The translations under genes and the position numbers were made by a program. Below, in pieces: positions 31,119 to 41,299 of a stretch of 64,000 bases of DNA. Where the stretch lies: assembly GCA_963667845.2 (NCBI GenBank), contig CAXXVL010000002.1:1536001-1600000 (forward strand), in the 5' to 3' direction. The notes under the pieces are model-generated. The model did no database searches. It was not told the origin of the DNA and saw nothing but the letters and a program-made list of their open reading frames with translations. Source of the DNA: Smithellaceae bacterium (GTDB lineage: Bacteria > Desulfobacterota > Syntrophia > Syntrophales > Smithellaceae). Each line of letters opens with the position of its first letter. Position 1 is the first letter of the stretch.

Positions 31119-31925
31119 ATGAATAAACAACCTGAACTCGTAAAGTTGATTGATACCACCCTGTGCACCGCCTGCCGCGGTTGCCAGGTGGCCTGCAAGC
31201 AGTGGAATGAACTGCCCGGCTTCAGAACAAAACAGCTGGGCACCTATCAGAATCCGCCCGATTTGCAGTGGAATACCTGGACGCTGATCCGCTTCCAGGA
31301 ATATGAGGATAAAGATAAAAACTTCACGTGGATCTTCCGCAAGGACGGCTGTATGCACTGCACGGATGCCGCCTGTGTGAAAGTCTGCCCCAGCGGCTCT
31401 CTTTATTACACAGAGATGAAATCCGTCGGGATTCGTCACGAGAAATGCATCGGCTGCAAGGAATGTGTGGCGGCCTGTCCGTTCCATATTCCCAAGTATG
31501 ATGCCAAGACCGACAAGGTTTACAAATGCGATCTGTGTTACAACCGCATCAAGGAAAGCCATGCACCGGCTTGCGTAAAGTCCTGTCCGACCGGCGCTTT
31601 GACCATCGGCGATAAAGACACGATGATCAAGAAGGCCTATGCCCGGGTTAAAAAACTCGGCGGCGATGCCAACGTTTACGGCGATAAGTTTGTAGATGGT
31701 ACCCACGTGATCTATGTTCTGCAGTTCAAACCGGAGGTTTACGACGAATTGCCGCTGAATCCCAAAGTACCTCTATCCGTGATTGTCTGGAAAGACCTCT
31801 TAAAGCCATTGAGTTTACTGGCCGCGGGCGGTGTTTTGGGTGGAGCATTCCTCCATTACATGATTCACGGGCCGAAGACGCCCCATGAAGGAACGGGCCC
31901 GGAAGAAAAGAAGGGAGGAGAATAA
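31119..31925 (+). CDS. fdnH: Formate dehydrogenase beta (4Fe-4S) subunit
   Basis: Four Cys cluster motifs; C-terminal TM anchor. Confidence 0.93.
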   Translation: MNKQPELVKLIDTTLCTACRGCQVACKQWNELPGFRTKQLGTYQNPPDLQWNTWTLIRFQEYEDKDKNFTWIFRKDGCMHCTDAACVKVCPSGSLYYTEMKSVGIRHEKCIGCKECVAACPFHIPKYDAKTDKVYKCDLCYNRIKESHAPACVKSCPTGALTIGDKDTMIKKAYARVKKLGGDANVYGDKFVDGTHVIYVLQFKPEVYDELPLNPKVPLSVIVWKDLLKPLSLLAAGGVLGGAFLHYMIHGPKTPHEGTGPEEKKGGE

Positions 31926-32593
31926 CCATGCAAAAAGGATACGTACAAGTAACAGACAGTTATGAAAGAATATTGCACTGGATGCTGGCGATTTCCTGCC
32001 TGCTTTTATGTGTAACGGGACTGGGCATGATGTTCCAGACATTTAACTTTATCGGCGCGCTGTTTGGCGGTTTGAAGAGCTTGAAACTGGTTCATAATTT
32101 TACCGGTTTGGTGTTTGCGGTTTCGCTCATTCTGGTGATCAGGATGTGGTGGAAGGAAGCGGGCGTTTTTGTGTTCCCCGAAGACCTCGACTGGATTTTG
32201 GCGGCAGGCGGATACCTGTGGCATGTGGACAAAGTACCGGAGACGGGGAAATACAATCCGGGGCAGAAAGCCTTTTTCCTGGTTGTGGCGGGTTTCGGTG
32301 TGATCATGATTATCACGGGATTGATTATGTGGTTTCCCGGGTCCCTGCCGACAGGTTTTGTGCGGTGGATGTTCCCGCTGCACGCCCTGGGGTTTGTGGC
32401 GATCTTTGCGTTCTTCTTCATTCACCTGTATCTGGGCACCATTGGTAACCCCGGATCGGTCGATGCAATGATCACGGGCTGGATGGACAAGCGGGTATTA
32501 ACCATGCTGCATCCGAAGTGGGTCAAGGAGATGGAGCATGAAGGCAAGCTGGTTGTCTGGGGCGAGGAAACGAAATCCGACGCCCATGGACAT
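31801..32593 (+). repeat. 793-bp near-identical repeat, copy 1 (fdnH 3' end plus fdnI)
   Basis: Matches 46280..47072; only two synonymous differences seen. Confidence 0.95.
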
Positions 32594-32596
32594 TAG
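31928..32596 (+). CDS. fdnI: Formate dehydrogenase gamma (cytochrome b) subunit
   Basis: ERILHW, GKYNPGQK, heme His residues, four TM helices. Confidence 0.93.
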   Translation: MQKGYVQVTDSYERILHWMLAISCLLLCVTGLGMMFQTFNFIGALFGGLKSLKLVHNFTGLVFAVSLILVIRMWWKEAGVFVFPEDLDWILAAGGYLWHVDKVPETGKYNPGQKAFFLVVAGFGVIMIITGLIMWFPGSLPTGFVRWMFPLHALGFVAIFAFFFIHLYLGTIGNPGSVDAMITGWMDKRVLTMLHPKWVKEMEHEGKLVVWGEETKSDAHGH

Positions 32597-32641
32597 GACG
32601 TAGCCATTTATTTTATCAATAAAAACAACAACATCAGTAAC

Positions 32642-32677
32642 AAGCGGCGTGCATCAAAACAGTGCGCGCCGCTTTCT
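32642..32677 (+). terminator. Intrinsic terminator-like hairpin
   Basis: AAGCGGCGTGCA/TGCGCGCCGCTT stem with a short T-run. Confidence 0.6.
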
Positions 32678-32703
32678 GCTGATTAAAGTTACTAAGGAAA
32701 AAA

Positions 32704-33588
32704 ATGATAATCAGTAAAACTGAAACACCCGTCATGGATCAAATTATCGATCGTGCCATCGAGCAAAATCCTCGCGCAAGTGAACTCTTGAAGGCTTTCG
32801 GGCCGATAATCACCCGGCAAAGACAACTAACGGATTCCATTGCCCCGCCCAAATTGGATTATTCGGCCATTGACCGTGAAAAGCTACGCGCCGGTGTCTC
32901 TGTCATCCGGCAGATCAGTCTGTTTACACCGGCAGACCCATTTTCCGAAATTGCTTTGTCGCTTTCGGCAGCTGTAAAAGAGGGGATGCCGGCACTCACG
33001 GAAGAGCTTGATCGACTGTCGGATCTGATTGCCAAAGGCAAACTCCGTCTCGCCGATTACTTTAAGGAAGATCCGGGTCGTGAAAACAAGACGATGGATC
33101 ACTGGTGCCGGGATCTGAAAGTATCTCCCTCCAATGCAACTTTCTTATTGAGTCTGGTAGCCCGCGTTTTGCTGGAGCGGCGGGCCAGGGAAGCCACTGC
33201 GGCGCTTGGCGAATTTGCCTGGGAAAAAGGTTATTGTCCGATCTGCGGGGAGTTCCCTTCCATTGCGTTAATTGAGGAAGAAGGCGGTAAGCGCTTTTTA
33301 CATTGCAGTTCCTGCGGCCAGGACTGGCGCTTTACGCGTGTGGTTTGCCCCTACTGTGAAAAAGAAGCCCAGCGGGAAATGGATTATTTTTACGTCGAGA
33401 ACAAAACACAGGAATCCGCTTTTGTTTGCGACAAGTGCAATAAATATCTAATAACACTTTATCGCGCCGGTCGTTTGCATGCGCGGGACATGGATATTTC
33501 AGCAATCAGTCTGGTTCATCTGGATATGATAATGCAGGAAAAAGGTTACGAGCCCATGGCGGTTTGTACCTGGAATAGCTTGAGTTGA
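32704..33588 (+). CDS. fdhE: Formate dehydrogenase maturation protein
   Basis: CPICG, CSSC, CPYC and CDKC motifs; position after fdnI. Confidence 0.9.
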   Translation: MIISKTETPVMDQIIDRAIEQNPRASELLKAFGPIITRQRQLTDSIAPPKLDYSAIDREKLRAGVSVIRQISLFTPADPFSEIALSLSAAVKEGMPALTEELDRLSDLIAKGKLRLADYFKEDPGRENKTMDHWCRDLKVSPSNATFLLSLVARVLLERRAREATAALGEFAWEKGYCPICGEFPSIALIEEEGGKRFLHCSSCGQDWRFTRVVCPYCEKEAQREMDYFYVENKTQESAFVCDKCNKYLITLYRAGRLHARDMDISAISLVHLDMIMQEKGYEPMAVCTWNSLS

Positions 33589-33650
33589 TTAATCAATAGC
33601 CGGATGATCTTGATATTTTGACTTCAGGTTGCAGCTTGGGCACTTACGTG

Positions 33651-33726
33651 TTGACAGGATAGTCAGAGTTTTGTATGAAATAACTTACATTATATGTCAA
33701 TTTCGGCATATGTCAATGATGTCATA
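33651..33726 (+). promoter_or_regulatory. Sigma70 promoter with tandem ModE-like operators
   Basis: TTGACA-N17-TATGAA; TATGTCAATTTCGGCATA (33693) and TATGTCAATGATGTCATA (33709). Confidence 0.7.
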
Positions 33727-33749
33727 GATGAATTTCGGGAGATGCGAAT

Positions 33750-36452
33750 ATGAGCGATATGTTTATCTTGAATGGCAAAGAGACGCCCTTTAAACCAGGT
33801 CAAATGATTCTGGATGCGGCGCGAAATGGAGGGATTGAAATTCCTACCCTTTGTTACTTAAAGGGTGCGACACCGACCGGCGCCTGCCGAGTTTGCTGTG
33901 TCGAAGTTAAAGGAGCCCGGTCATTAATGGCATCATGCTCGACGCCGGTTACCCCGGGCATGGAAGTTACGACGGACAGTGAGTTTGTTCATCGCGCCAG
34001 GAAATTAAATGTTGAGCTACTGCTCGCCTCCGGCCGCCACAACTGCCTGACCTGCGAAGCCAACGGCAACTGCCGTCTGCAGGATCTAGCCTATTTTTAT
34101 AAAATCACCAAGTTGCAGTTTAAAGAAAAAGAACTGAGCGATATCTATCCGACGGAAGATGAGAACCCCTTCATTGTCCGTAATTTCAGCCGTTGCATCC
34201 TTTGCGGCCGCTGCGTTCAGGCCTGCAACGAGTTGGTTGTGAATCGTGCTATATCGCAGGGATATCGCGGCGGTGAAAGCAAGATCGTTACCGGTGGTGA
34301 CAGCCCATACAATGACAGTGAATGTGTTTTTTGCGGCCAGTGCGTGGAAGTCTGTCCGACTGGTGCGCTCACCGAGAAGAAGGCCAAGGGTCTGGGGCGT
34401 CCCTGGGAAATACAAAAAATTCGCACGACCTGTCCTTACTGCGGCGTGGGTTGCCAGCAGTGGCTGCATGTCCGCGATGGCAAAATTGTCAAAATCACCG
34501 CTGTCGAAGATGCTCAACCGAACCAGGGCCGCCTGTGCGTAAAGGGCCGTTTTGCATACGATTTTATTTATTCGGAGGAAAGGCTCAAAACACCGCTGAT
34601 TCGCGAGGCCAATGGTGAATTTCGTGAAGCGTCATGGGATGAGGCGCTGGATCTTGTAGCTTCAAAATTTAAAGAGATTATCAAAAAAGACGGACCGGAC
34701 GCTATTGCCGGTGTCAGTTGCGCCCGCAGCATTAACGAAGATTCCTATCAAATGCAAAAACTTTTCCGCGCAGCGATCGGGACAAACAACATCGATCACT
34801 GCGCCCGCACCTGACACGCCCCCACGGTCGCGGGTCTCGCGACCTCTTTTGGTTCCGGTGCAATGACGAATTCTTTTGCCGACTTTATCAAAGCGAAGAT
34901 GATTTTAATGGTCGGTACAAATATGAGCGAAGCGCATCCTGTTGCCGCAACATTTGTTAAGGATGCCGTGCTTGGCGGCGCCGAGCTCATCGTCGTCGAT
35001 CCCAGGCGTACGGATATGGTGGACTTTGCGAAGCTGCATGTGCCGATCAAAGTCGGGTCGGACGTGGCCTTTATCAACGGTGTGATGAATGTGCTGATCA
35101 GCGAAAAGCTGTACGATAAAAAATATGTAGAATCCTGCACGGTCGGTTTTGAAGACCTCAAAAAGAAAGTCATGGAGTATCCGCCGGAGCGAGCGGCCGA
35201 AATCAGCGGCGTTTCCGCCGAAATGATCCGGGATGTTGCGCGCAGGCTCGCTTCCGTAAGACCGGCGATGCTCATGTATACTCTGGGCATTACCGAACAT
35301 ATCTGCGGCGTCAATAACGTCATGAGCTGTGCCAATCTCCAGATGCTCCTAGGCAATGTCGGTTTCGAGTGCGGCGGTGTCAATCCATTGCGCGGTCAGA
35401 ACAATGTTCAGGGCGCCTGCGATATGGGCGCACTCCCCAATGTCTTTCCCGGCTATCAGCGTGTGGATAATGCGGACGCGCGGGCCAAGTTCGAGAAGGC
35501 GTGGAATGTTAAATCTCTTCCGGACAAGCCCGGTATGGTGATGCCCACTATGATGGAAGGCCTGACCACCGGAAAAATTAAAGCCTTCTATGTTTTCGGC
35601 GAGAATCTGGCCAATACCGAGCCGGATATTCATCACGTCGAACATTGTCTGCAATCCGCGGAATTTCTGGTCTGCCAGGATATTTTCCCGACGGAAACGA
35701 CGCGTTTTGCACACGTGATTCTTCCGGCAGCCGCCTGGAGTGAAAATGAAGGTACCTTCTCCAGTTCGGAGCGGCGCGTCAACCGTGTGCGCACGGCCAG
35801 TGTTGCGCCGGGCGAAGCCAATCCCAACTGGTGGATTTTCAAGGAAATTGCGAAGAGGATGGGACATAAATGGAAGTCGGACAGCGCTCAGGAAATCTGG
35901 GACAATGAATTATCCGTGCTGGCGCCGTCTATGGCCGGCATCAAATATTCCCGCCTGGAAAACGACGGAATCCAGTGGCCGGCTCCCACGGAAACTCACC
36001 CCGGCACACCGACGCTGCATAAAGATGGCAAGTTTACCTGCGGCCTCGGCGTACTCAAAGCCATCGACTGGATACCGCCGGCGGAAGTTCCCGATGAAGA
36101 ATACCCGCTGGTGCTTTCCACGGGACGCCGCTTATATCATTACCATACCCGGACGCAAACAGGACGTTCTCAGGGCATTAATGATTTGCTTGGTGAAGAA
36201 ACGGCCGATATTTCTGCAGCGGATGCCGAAGCAAAAGGCATTCTCGATGGTGAGATGATTTCGGTCAAATCCCGACGAGGTGAGATTGTCGTCAAGGCAC
36301 GCGTAACCCGGCAGGTTCCCCAGGGACTCGTCTGGATGGCGTTTCATTTCCGGAAAGCGTGCGCCAATTGGCTCACCAATCCGGTTTATGACCCGGTTAC
36401 TCAGACCGCTGAATACAAGGCCTGCGCCGTCCGGATTGACAAATTGAAATAG
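33750..36452 (+). CDS. fdhF: Cytoplasmic formate dehydrogenase alpha (FdhF-like, N-terminal 2Fe-2S/4Fe-4S), selenocysteine (TGA 34812-34814), ~900 aa
   Basis: NuoG-like Fe-S N-terminus; DHCART-U-HAPTVAGL joins ORFs 33750 and 34863; RGQNNVQG; no Tat signal. Confidence 0.95.
34826..34844 (+). promoter_or_regulatory. SECIS hairpin
   Basis: GGTCGCG-GGTCT-CGCGACC, 11 nt after the TGA. Confidence 0.8.
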
Positions 36453-36475
36453 GTTAACAAATTGAAATGCGTGGT

Positions 36476-36508
36476 AAAACATCCCGCGCAAGTAGCGGGA
36501 TGTTTTTT
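36476..36508 (+). terminator. Intrinsic terminator
   Basis: AAAACATCCCGC/GCGGGATGTTTT stem plus T-run. Confidence 0.8.
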
Positions 36509-36517
36509 GCAAGTTTA

Positions 36518-36535
36518 TATGTTATTAATAACACA
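36518..36535. promoter_or_regulatory. ModE-like operator upstream of modA
   Basis: TATGTTATTAATAACACA, same 18-bp geometry as the FDH sites. Confidence 0.55.
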
Positions 36536-36562
36536 TTCAATACGGAGAGGAACCCGGCTTCC

Positions 36563-37309
36563 ATGAAAAAAATCATCCTGGTATTACTGCTTCTTGTGAC
36601 TGTTCTGGCAACGCCCCTTCACGTTTTCGCTCAGGAAAAAATTTCTGTGGCCGTCGCGGCCAATTTTATTTCTGCCTTCAAAGAAATCGCTGCCGACTTC
36701 GAAGAGAGAACGGGTATAAAGGTGGAGGCGACATTCGCCTCGACCGGCAGTCTTTACAATCAGATCAAGAATGGTGCACCTTATGATGTATTCTTATCCG
36801 CCGACGAACAACGGCCCGATCTTCTGCAAAAAGAAGGGTGGACGGAAGGAACGATCATTTATGCCCGGGGCAAGGTCATCTTGTGGTCAGCCAATAAGGA
36901 TCTTTGCAAAGCGGCAACGTGGACGGACGCCCTGAAGAATGACCGGATCAAGAAGATCGCGATGGCCAACCCGCTGACGGCGCCGTACGGCGCGTCAGCC
37001 AAAGCAGCCCTTCAAAAAGCCGGACTGTGGGAGGGGCTGCAAGGCAGGTTGATCAATGCGCAGGACATAGCGCAATCCTTTCAGTACGCAAGCACGCAGG
37101 CGGTAGATATGAGTTTCTGTGCGCTGTCGGCGACGGCGAGTTCACAGGGTCAGGGCGGCTGCTTCTACCGCATCCCTGAAGCCGCGGATATCGTCCAGAC
37201 CGCCTGTGTGTCCAAGAACGCGAGAAACAAGAAATGTGCGGAGCTTTTTTTAGCTTACCTGATTTGCGAACATGCTCAGAAGATCAAAATGAAATTTGGT
37301 TATAAGTAG
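36563..37309 (+). CDS. modA: Molybdate/tungstate ABC transporter binding protein
   Basis: Signal peptide; VAVAANF, ASTG, GAPYDVFLSAD and ANPLTAPYG motifs. Confidence 0.93.
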   Translation: MKKIILVLLLLVTVLATPLHVFAQEKISVAVAANFISAFKEIAADFEERTGIKVEATFASTGSLYNQIKNGAPYDVFLSADEQRPDLLQKEGWTEGTIIYARGKVILWSANKDLCKAATWTDALKNDRIKKIAMANPLTAPYGASAKAALQKAGLWEGLQGRLINAQDIAQSFQYASTQAVDMSFCALSATASSQGQGGCFYRIPEAADIVQTACVSKNARNKKCAELFLAYLICEHAQKIKMKFGYK

Positions 37310-37969
37310 ATGGATTATTTAGCGCTTTTTGTAACAGTGAAGCTTGCTTTGGTAACAACGGTTTTCCTGATCATCATCGCCGCACCCGTGGCTTACTTTC
37401 TGGCCTATGTCCGGTTTCCGGGGAAATCTTTTCTGGAGGCGCTCATTTATCTGCCGATGGCTCTGCCGCCGACAGTGATCGGTTTTTATCTGATCATTGC
37501 CATGGGACCCAGGGGCTTTGCCGGACGCATCTGGGAGACGCTCACCGGCGGGTCACTCTTGTTCACCTTTCTGGGCATTACTATCGCTTCCATCATTTAC
37601 TCCATCCCGTTTGCCGTTCAGCCCATGAAGGCTGCCTTTGTCAAAATTGACCGGCGGCTTTTGGAGAACGCCTGTATCCTGGGGCTGTCGAAGCGTGCAG
37701 CGTTTATCCGTGTCATTTTACCCAACTCACTGGGGGGTATTGCCGCAGCGGCTGTGCTGGTTTTTTTGCATTCGATCGGGGCATTTGGCGTATTGCTCAT
37801 GGTCGGAGGCAGTATTCCGGGCCAGACCAAAGTAGCTTCGATTGCCATTTATGAAGCCGTCGAAATGATGAACTATGCAGCCGCAGGAATGATCGCGCTG
37901 AGCTTCATCCCGATCAGCTATGCCTTTCTGTTGCTGATTAATAGACTCAACGAGGGGTCCCGGCCATGA
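37310..37969 (+). CDS. modB: Molybdate ABC permease
   Basis: LPMALPPTVIGFYL and GGSIPGQT motifs. Confidence 0.93.
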   Translation: MDYLALFVTVKLALVTTVFLIIIAAPVAYFLAYVRFPGKSFLEALIYLPMALPPTVIGFYLIIAMGPRGFAGRIWETLTGGSLLFTFLGITIASIIYSIPFAVQPMKAAFVKIDRRLLENACILGLSKRAAFIRVILPNSLGGIAAAAVLVFLHSIGAFGVLLMVGGSIPGQTKVASIAIYEAVEMMNYAAAGMIALSFIPISYAFLLLINRLNEGSRP

Positions 37970-38679
37970 CGATATCCGCAACTTTCAGAAAACGACTGAA
38001 ATATTTTGATGTGGATTTATCGCTTTGCTGCCAGGCGGGAAAAATGACGGTGATGATTGGACCGTCTGGCGGCGGTAAGACAACGATCATTCGCATACTG
38101 GCGGGGCTGGAAAAACCGGACGAAGGGCGGATTGTGTTCGGCGATGAGGTCTGGTTTGATTCTATTCACCGCCTGAATGTACGGCCGCAGGACCGCCGGC
38201 TGGGTTATGTATTTCAGGACTACAGTCTCTTCCCGCACCTGAACCTTTTCGACAATGCGGCTTTTGCTGCGGTCGATAAGAAAGAAGTTGATGCCCTATT
38301 CGATCTTTTCAAAATCAGTCATTTGCGTGAACGTAAACCCAATATGGTTTCCGGCGGAGAACGTCAGCGCTGCGCCATCTGTCAGGCGCTAGCCCGTCAC
38401 CCCAGGTTGCTGCTTTTGGATGAGCCCTTTTCTGCGCTGGATGTCGTGACGAGACGCGGATTGCGCGAAGAAATAAAGAACCTGAAGGGCCGGTTGTCCT
38501 GCCCCATTATTTACGTAACGCATGACATCAACGAAGCCCTGTTTCTGGCCGATGAGATCATGCCGGTTGTTGACGGCAAGATCGACGATGGCTGGTTGCA
38601 ACGTACCATCACGCGCGATCCGGGGGACGGAGCTATAACCAAGGGGGCGAGAGAACCGCGCCTGTCGCTGGTGTATTAG
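37966..38679 (+). CDS. modC: Molybdate ABC ATPase (no TOBE domain)
   Basis: GPSGGGKT, SGGERQR, LLLDEPFSALD and VTHD motifs. Confidence 0.9.
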   Translation: MTISATFRKRLKYFDVDLSLCCQAGKMTVMIGPSGGGKTTIIRILAGLEKPDEGRIVFGDEVWFDSIHRLNVRPQDRRLGYVFQDYSLFPHLNLFDNAAFAAVDKKEVDALFDLFKISHLRERKPNMVSGGERQRCAICQALARHPRLLLLDEPFSALDVVTRRGLREEIKNLKGRLSCPIIYVTHDINEALFLADEIMPVVDGKIDDGWLQRTITRDPGDGAITKGAREPRLSLVY

Positions 38680-38825
38680 AGAAGACGCCGGAGACGATTT
38701 CAAAAACCTAATGACCCCCCTTAACGTAAAAGCGGCGCGAGCTTATCCGAGTTCATGAGACGTTCTCTGCAAAAAATGCGTCAGGCAGGATGCGGAAAGA
38801 GAATATTAAGGAGCAGAATAATTCA

Positions 38826-39416
38826 ATGAACATTTGTACCTATTCCTACGAAGAGTATCTCCATCTGGTTAAATCTTTTCACGGCAATCTCGCGCCCGGT
38901 CTGATTATCGGAGGCTTTATGGTCGATCTGGCGATGAAGCATTTGCCGGAGGGTGATTTTTTTGACGCCGTCTGCGAAACGCCGGTCTGTCTGCCCGATG
39001 CCGTGCAGATTCTGACGCCCTGTACCATTGGGAACGGCTGGCTGAGCATCGTCCCGTTCGGCAAATTTGCCGTCACGCTGTATGAAAAATACACAGGCCA
39101 TGGTGTGAGGGTCTATCTCGACACCGAGAGACTGAATGCGTGGCCGGAGATCCGGGACTGGTATCTCAAAAAGAAAAAAAAGAGCGAGCAGGACAAAGAT
39201 GTGCTTCTCGCGCAGATCAAAAAGGCGGGTCACGACCTGCTCGGCATCCAGCACTTGCAGGTGAGCCCTGAAAAAGTACGCCGGAGGAAACTGGGCCCGG
39301 TAGGCGTCTGCCCGGACTGCGGCGAAGCTTACCCGTCAAAAGACGGTGACAAATGCCGGAGTTGCCAGGGCGATACACCGTATTCAGGCGTCGTTGCCGT
39401 TAAAACCGCAGAATAA
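38826..39416 (+). CDS. FmdE family protein with C-terminal zinc finger
   Basis: FHGNLAPG, CLPDAVQILTPCTIGN, CPDCGE..CRSC motifs. Confidence 0.85.
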   Translation: MNICTYSYEEYLHLVKSFHGNLAPGLIIGGFMVDLAMKHLPEGDFFDAVCETPVCLPDAVQILTPCTIGNGWLSIVPFGKFAVTLYEKYTGHGVRVYLDTERLNAWPEIRDWYLKKKKKSEQDKDVLLAQIKKAGHDLLGIQHLQVSPEKVRRRKLGPVGVCPDCGEAYPSKDGDKCRSCQGDTPYSGVVAVKTAE

Positions 39417-39422
39417 TGTGCC

Positions 39423-40181
39423 ATGCTCAAACCCGGAACCATACTGACGCGTCTCCATAAACGCCTTGAACCTTCTGCAAAAAATCGGCGGATTGATGAT
39501 TTGCGTTTGGGATTAAGTTATGTGGGAGTGAGACTGGACAACGGCGCCACGGGGATCGCCGCCTTTCTGCCGGATAAAACCCCAGCCGGCTGCACGGTCC
39601 TGAAAGAAGCGGGAACCTATGCGGGGGCCGGCGCGGCGCAGATGCTGAAATATCTTGTGGACGGCAGAAGCAGTCTGCATCTGGCGATGGGGCTTGCCGC
39701 GGCCAATGCGGTGATCGGGCCGCCCGAAGATAAAAACGAAGATCGGGAAGCGACAACCACATTCAATTTAAAACCCGGTGAAAAAGTGGCCATGGTCGGA
39801 CTTTTTTCGCCGCTAGTGGATCGTATTCGCGCAACAGGCGCCCGGCTCACCATCATCGAAAAGAATCCGGAGCGTCTGGATTTGCTTCCGGCAGAGGATC
39901 GCCGACGTGCGCTTAAGGAATGCGATGTTGTAATCATCACCGCTACCACCCTGCTCAACAACACATTTGAGGAAACGATGGATGCACTGGGGTCACCGCG
40001 CGTAGCCGTCCTGATGGGTCCATCAACACCGCTTGCGGCCGAGATCTTTCCGGATACTCCGTTGACTCAGTTGGGTGGAGCCGTAGTGAATGATTCTGCC
40101 CGGGTGCTACAGATCATCTCCGAAGGCGGAGGCACTCCGGCGCTCCGGCCTTACCTTCGATTCGTTAATTTGATGCTCTGA
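39423..40181 (+). CDS. DUF364 (Rossmann-like) family protein
   Basis: GLAAANA, VAMVGLF, ITATTLLNNT and MGPSTP motifs. Confidence 0.8.
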   Translation: MLKPGTILTRLHKRLEPSAKNRRIDDLRLGLSYVGVRLDNGATGIAAFLPDKTPAGCTVLKEAGTYAGAGAAQMLKYLVDGRSSLHLAMGLAAANAVIGPPEDKNEDREATTTFNLKPGEKVAMVGLFSPLVDRIRATGARLTIIEKNPERLDLLPAEDRRRALKECDVVIITATTLLNNTFEETMDALGSPRVAVLMGPSTPLAAEIFPDTPLTQLGGAVVNDSARVLQIISEGGGTPALRPYLRFVNLML

Positions 40182-40224
40182 TTATCGCCATCGATGGCAA
40201 ATGCCCCGGGTTTGCATATTCCTT

Positions 40225-41055
40225 TTAAGATTTATAAATGATCGTGCCCACCGGTTTCCCGGCGAGGGCCTTCGTCAGGTTTCCCTTTTCCAGGCCGTTA
40301 ATGATCTGTATTTTTTTAAGCACCTCGCTGTTTTGCAGGATTTCCAGACAGGGCCTTTCAATAATGAGATCATCCAGGTTTCTATTCAGGAGATCCTGTA
40401 CGCTGATTTCGGGAATGAACGACGCCTTCTCATTCTTCTTCGGATCATCCGAGTAAAGACCCCGCTCATCCTTGACGAAAATGCAGCTTTTGGCGCCGAT
40501 CAGATCGGCGATGACCAGCGTGCCAACGTCGGTCCGATGAATGGGGATGCGCGACTTGGTAACGGGTAGCGCAAAATAATCGTAAGGCGGCATGCCGTGC
40601 ATCACGGGGATGCAATCCTGGGCAAAGTAGTTCGATAATTTCGTTACTTCATCGTGGCCGATCTTGATGCCTCCCCAGGGCGCCAGGAGTGTCGCCACCA
40701 GGAGAGCATTCTGTTCAGAAACGGAGCTGCCGAACTTGGCGATGATGCCGGTCGGCATTCCCAGTTCCAAGCCGATCGAATAAATGTGGCGGCTGCGCGT
40801 TCCACCACCGGTTGTCAGGAGAATTTTGTGTTTCTTCTTGTTGGCGACAACTTCTTTCATGATCGCAGGCAGCGCTTTGACGCCGCGATCGCAGATGGAC
40901 TGCCCGCCGATCTTCACGATATTGACGTCCGGGAAAAGCCGCTCCTGGGGGGCGATCCGCAGGCTTTCCATAAACGTTTTACCCACCAGACTCTCTCCCA
41001 TGAGTCTGCTTTTCACGTGTAGTCTTCGACCATCCCGTTCTCTAAAAAGTGCCAT
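40225..41055 (-). CDS. Molybdenum storage protein (MosA/MosB)-like, amino-acid-kinase fold
   Basis: KIGGQSICDRG, GGGTRSRH, GMPPY, IPIHRTD and KDERGLYSDDP motifs match MoSto subunits rather than PyrH. Confidence 0.8.
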   Translation of the reverse strand: MALFRERDGRRLHVKSRLMGESLVGKTFMESLRIAPQERLFPDVNIVKIGGQSICDRGVKALPAIMKEVVANKKKHKILLTTGGGTRSRHIYSIGLELGMPTGIIAKFGSSVSEQNALLVATLLAPWGGIKIGHDEVTKLSNYFAQDCIPVMHGMPPYDYFALPVTKSRIPIHRTDVGTLVIADLIGAKSCIFVKDERGLYSDDPKKNEKASFIPEISVQDLLNRNLDDLIIERPCLEILQNSEVLKKIQIINGLEKGNLTKALAGKPVGTIIYKS

Positions 41056-41060
41056 AAAGT

Positions 41061-41288
41061 CTATTCTTTAACCTCAATCTCGTCTTCCTTCATCTTCCCG
41101 TCTTTGGGTGCCGGAAGCAAAATCAGATCCGCGCCTGTAGCGGCCGCAATTTCTTCCAGTTCTTTCTTTCTCAGATGTTCAGCGTAAAAGGTGATGTTCA
41201 CATCGGCCACGGCCACCAGTTTGAAGCGCGGTTTTTTCTCTTTGGTTCCTACTTTATGCCGCTCGCGATAAAATATTTTTCCTGACAT
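41061..41288 (-). CDS. Small hypothetical protein (75 aa)
   Basis: GGAGGTG RBS; tightly packed between two co-oriented genes. Confidence 0.75.
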   Translation of the reverse strand: MSGKIFYRERHKVGTKEKKPRFKLVAVADVNITFYAEHLRKKELEEIAAATGADLILLPAPKDGKMKEDEIEVKE

Positions 41289-41299
41289 CGGACACCTCC

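Noticed and set aside
38681..38710. Weak similarity to the 17558 spacer (CGCCGGAG..ATTTC)
   Set aside because: Too short to distinguish from chance.
40225..41055. Uridylate kinase pyrH
   Set aside because: Lacks the KLSGE and GNPFFTTD motifs and the tsf/frr context; MoSto-type motifs are present instead.
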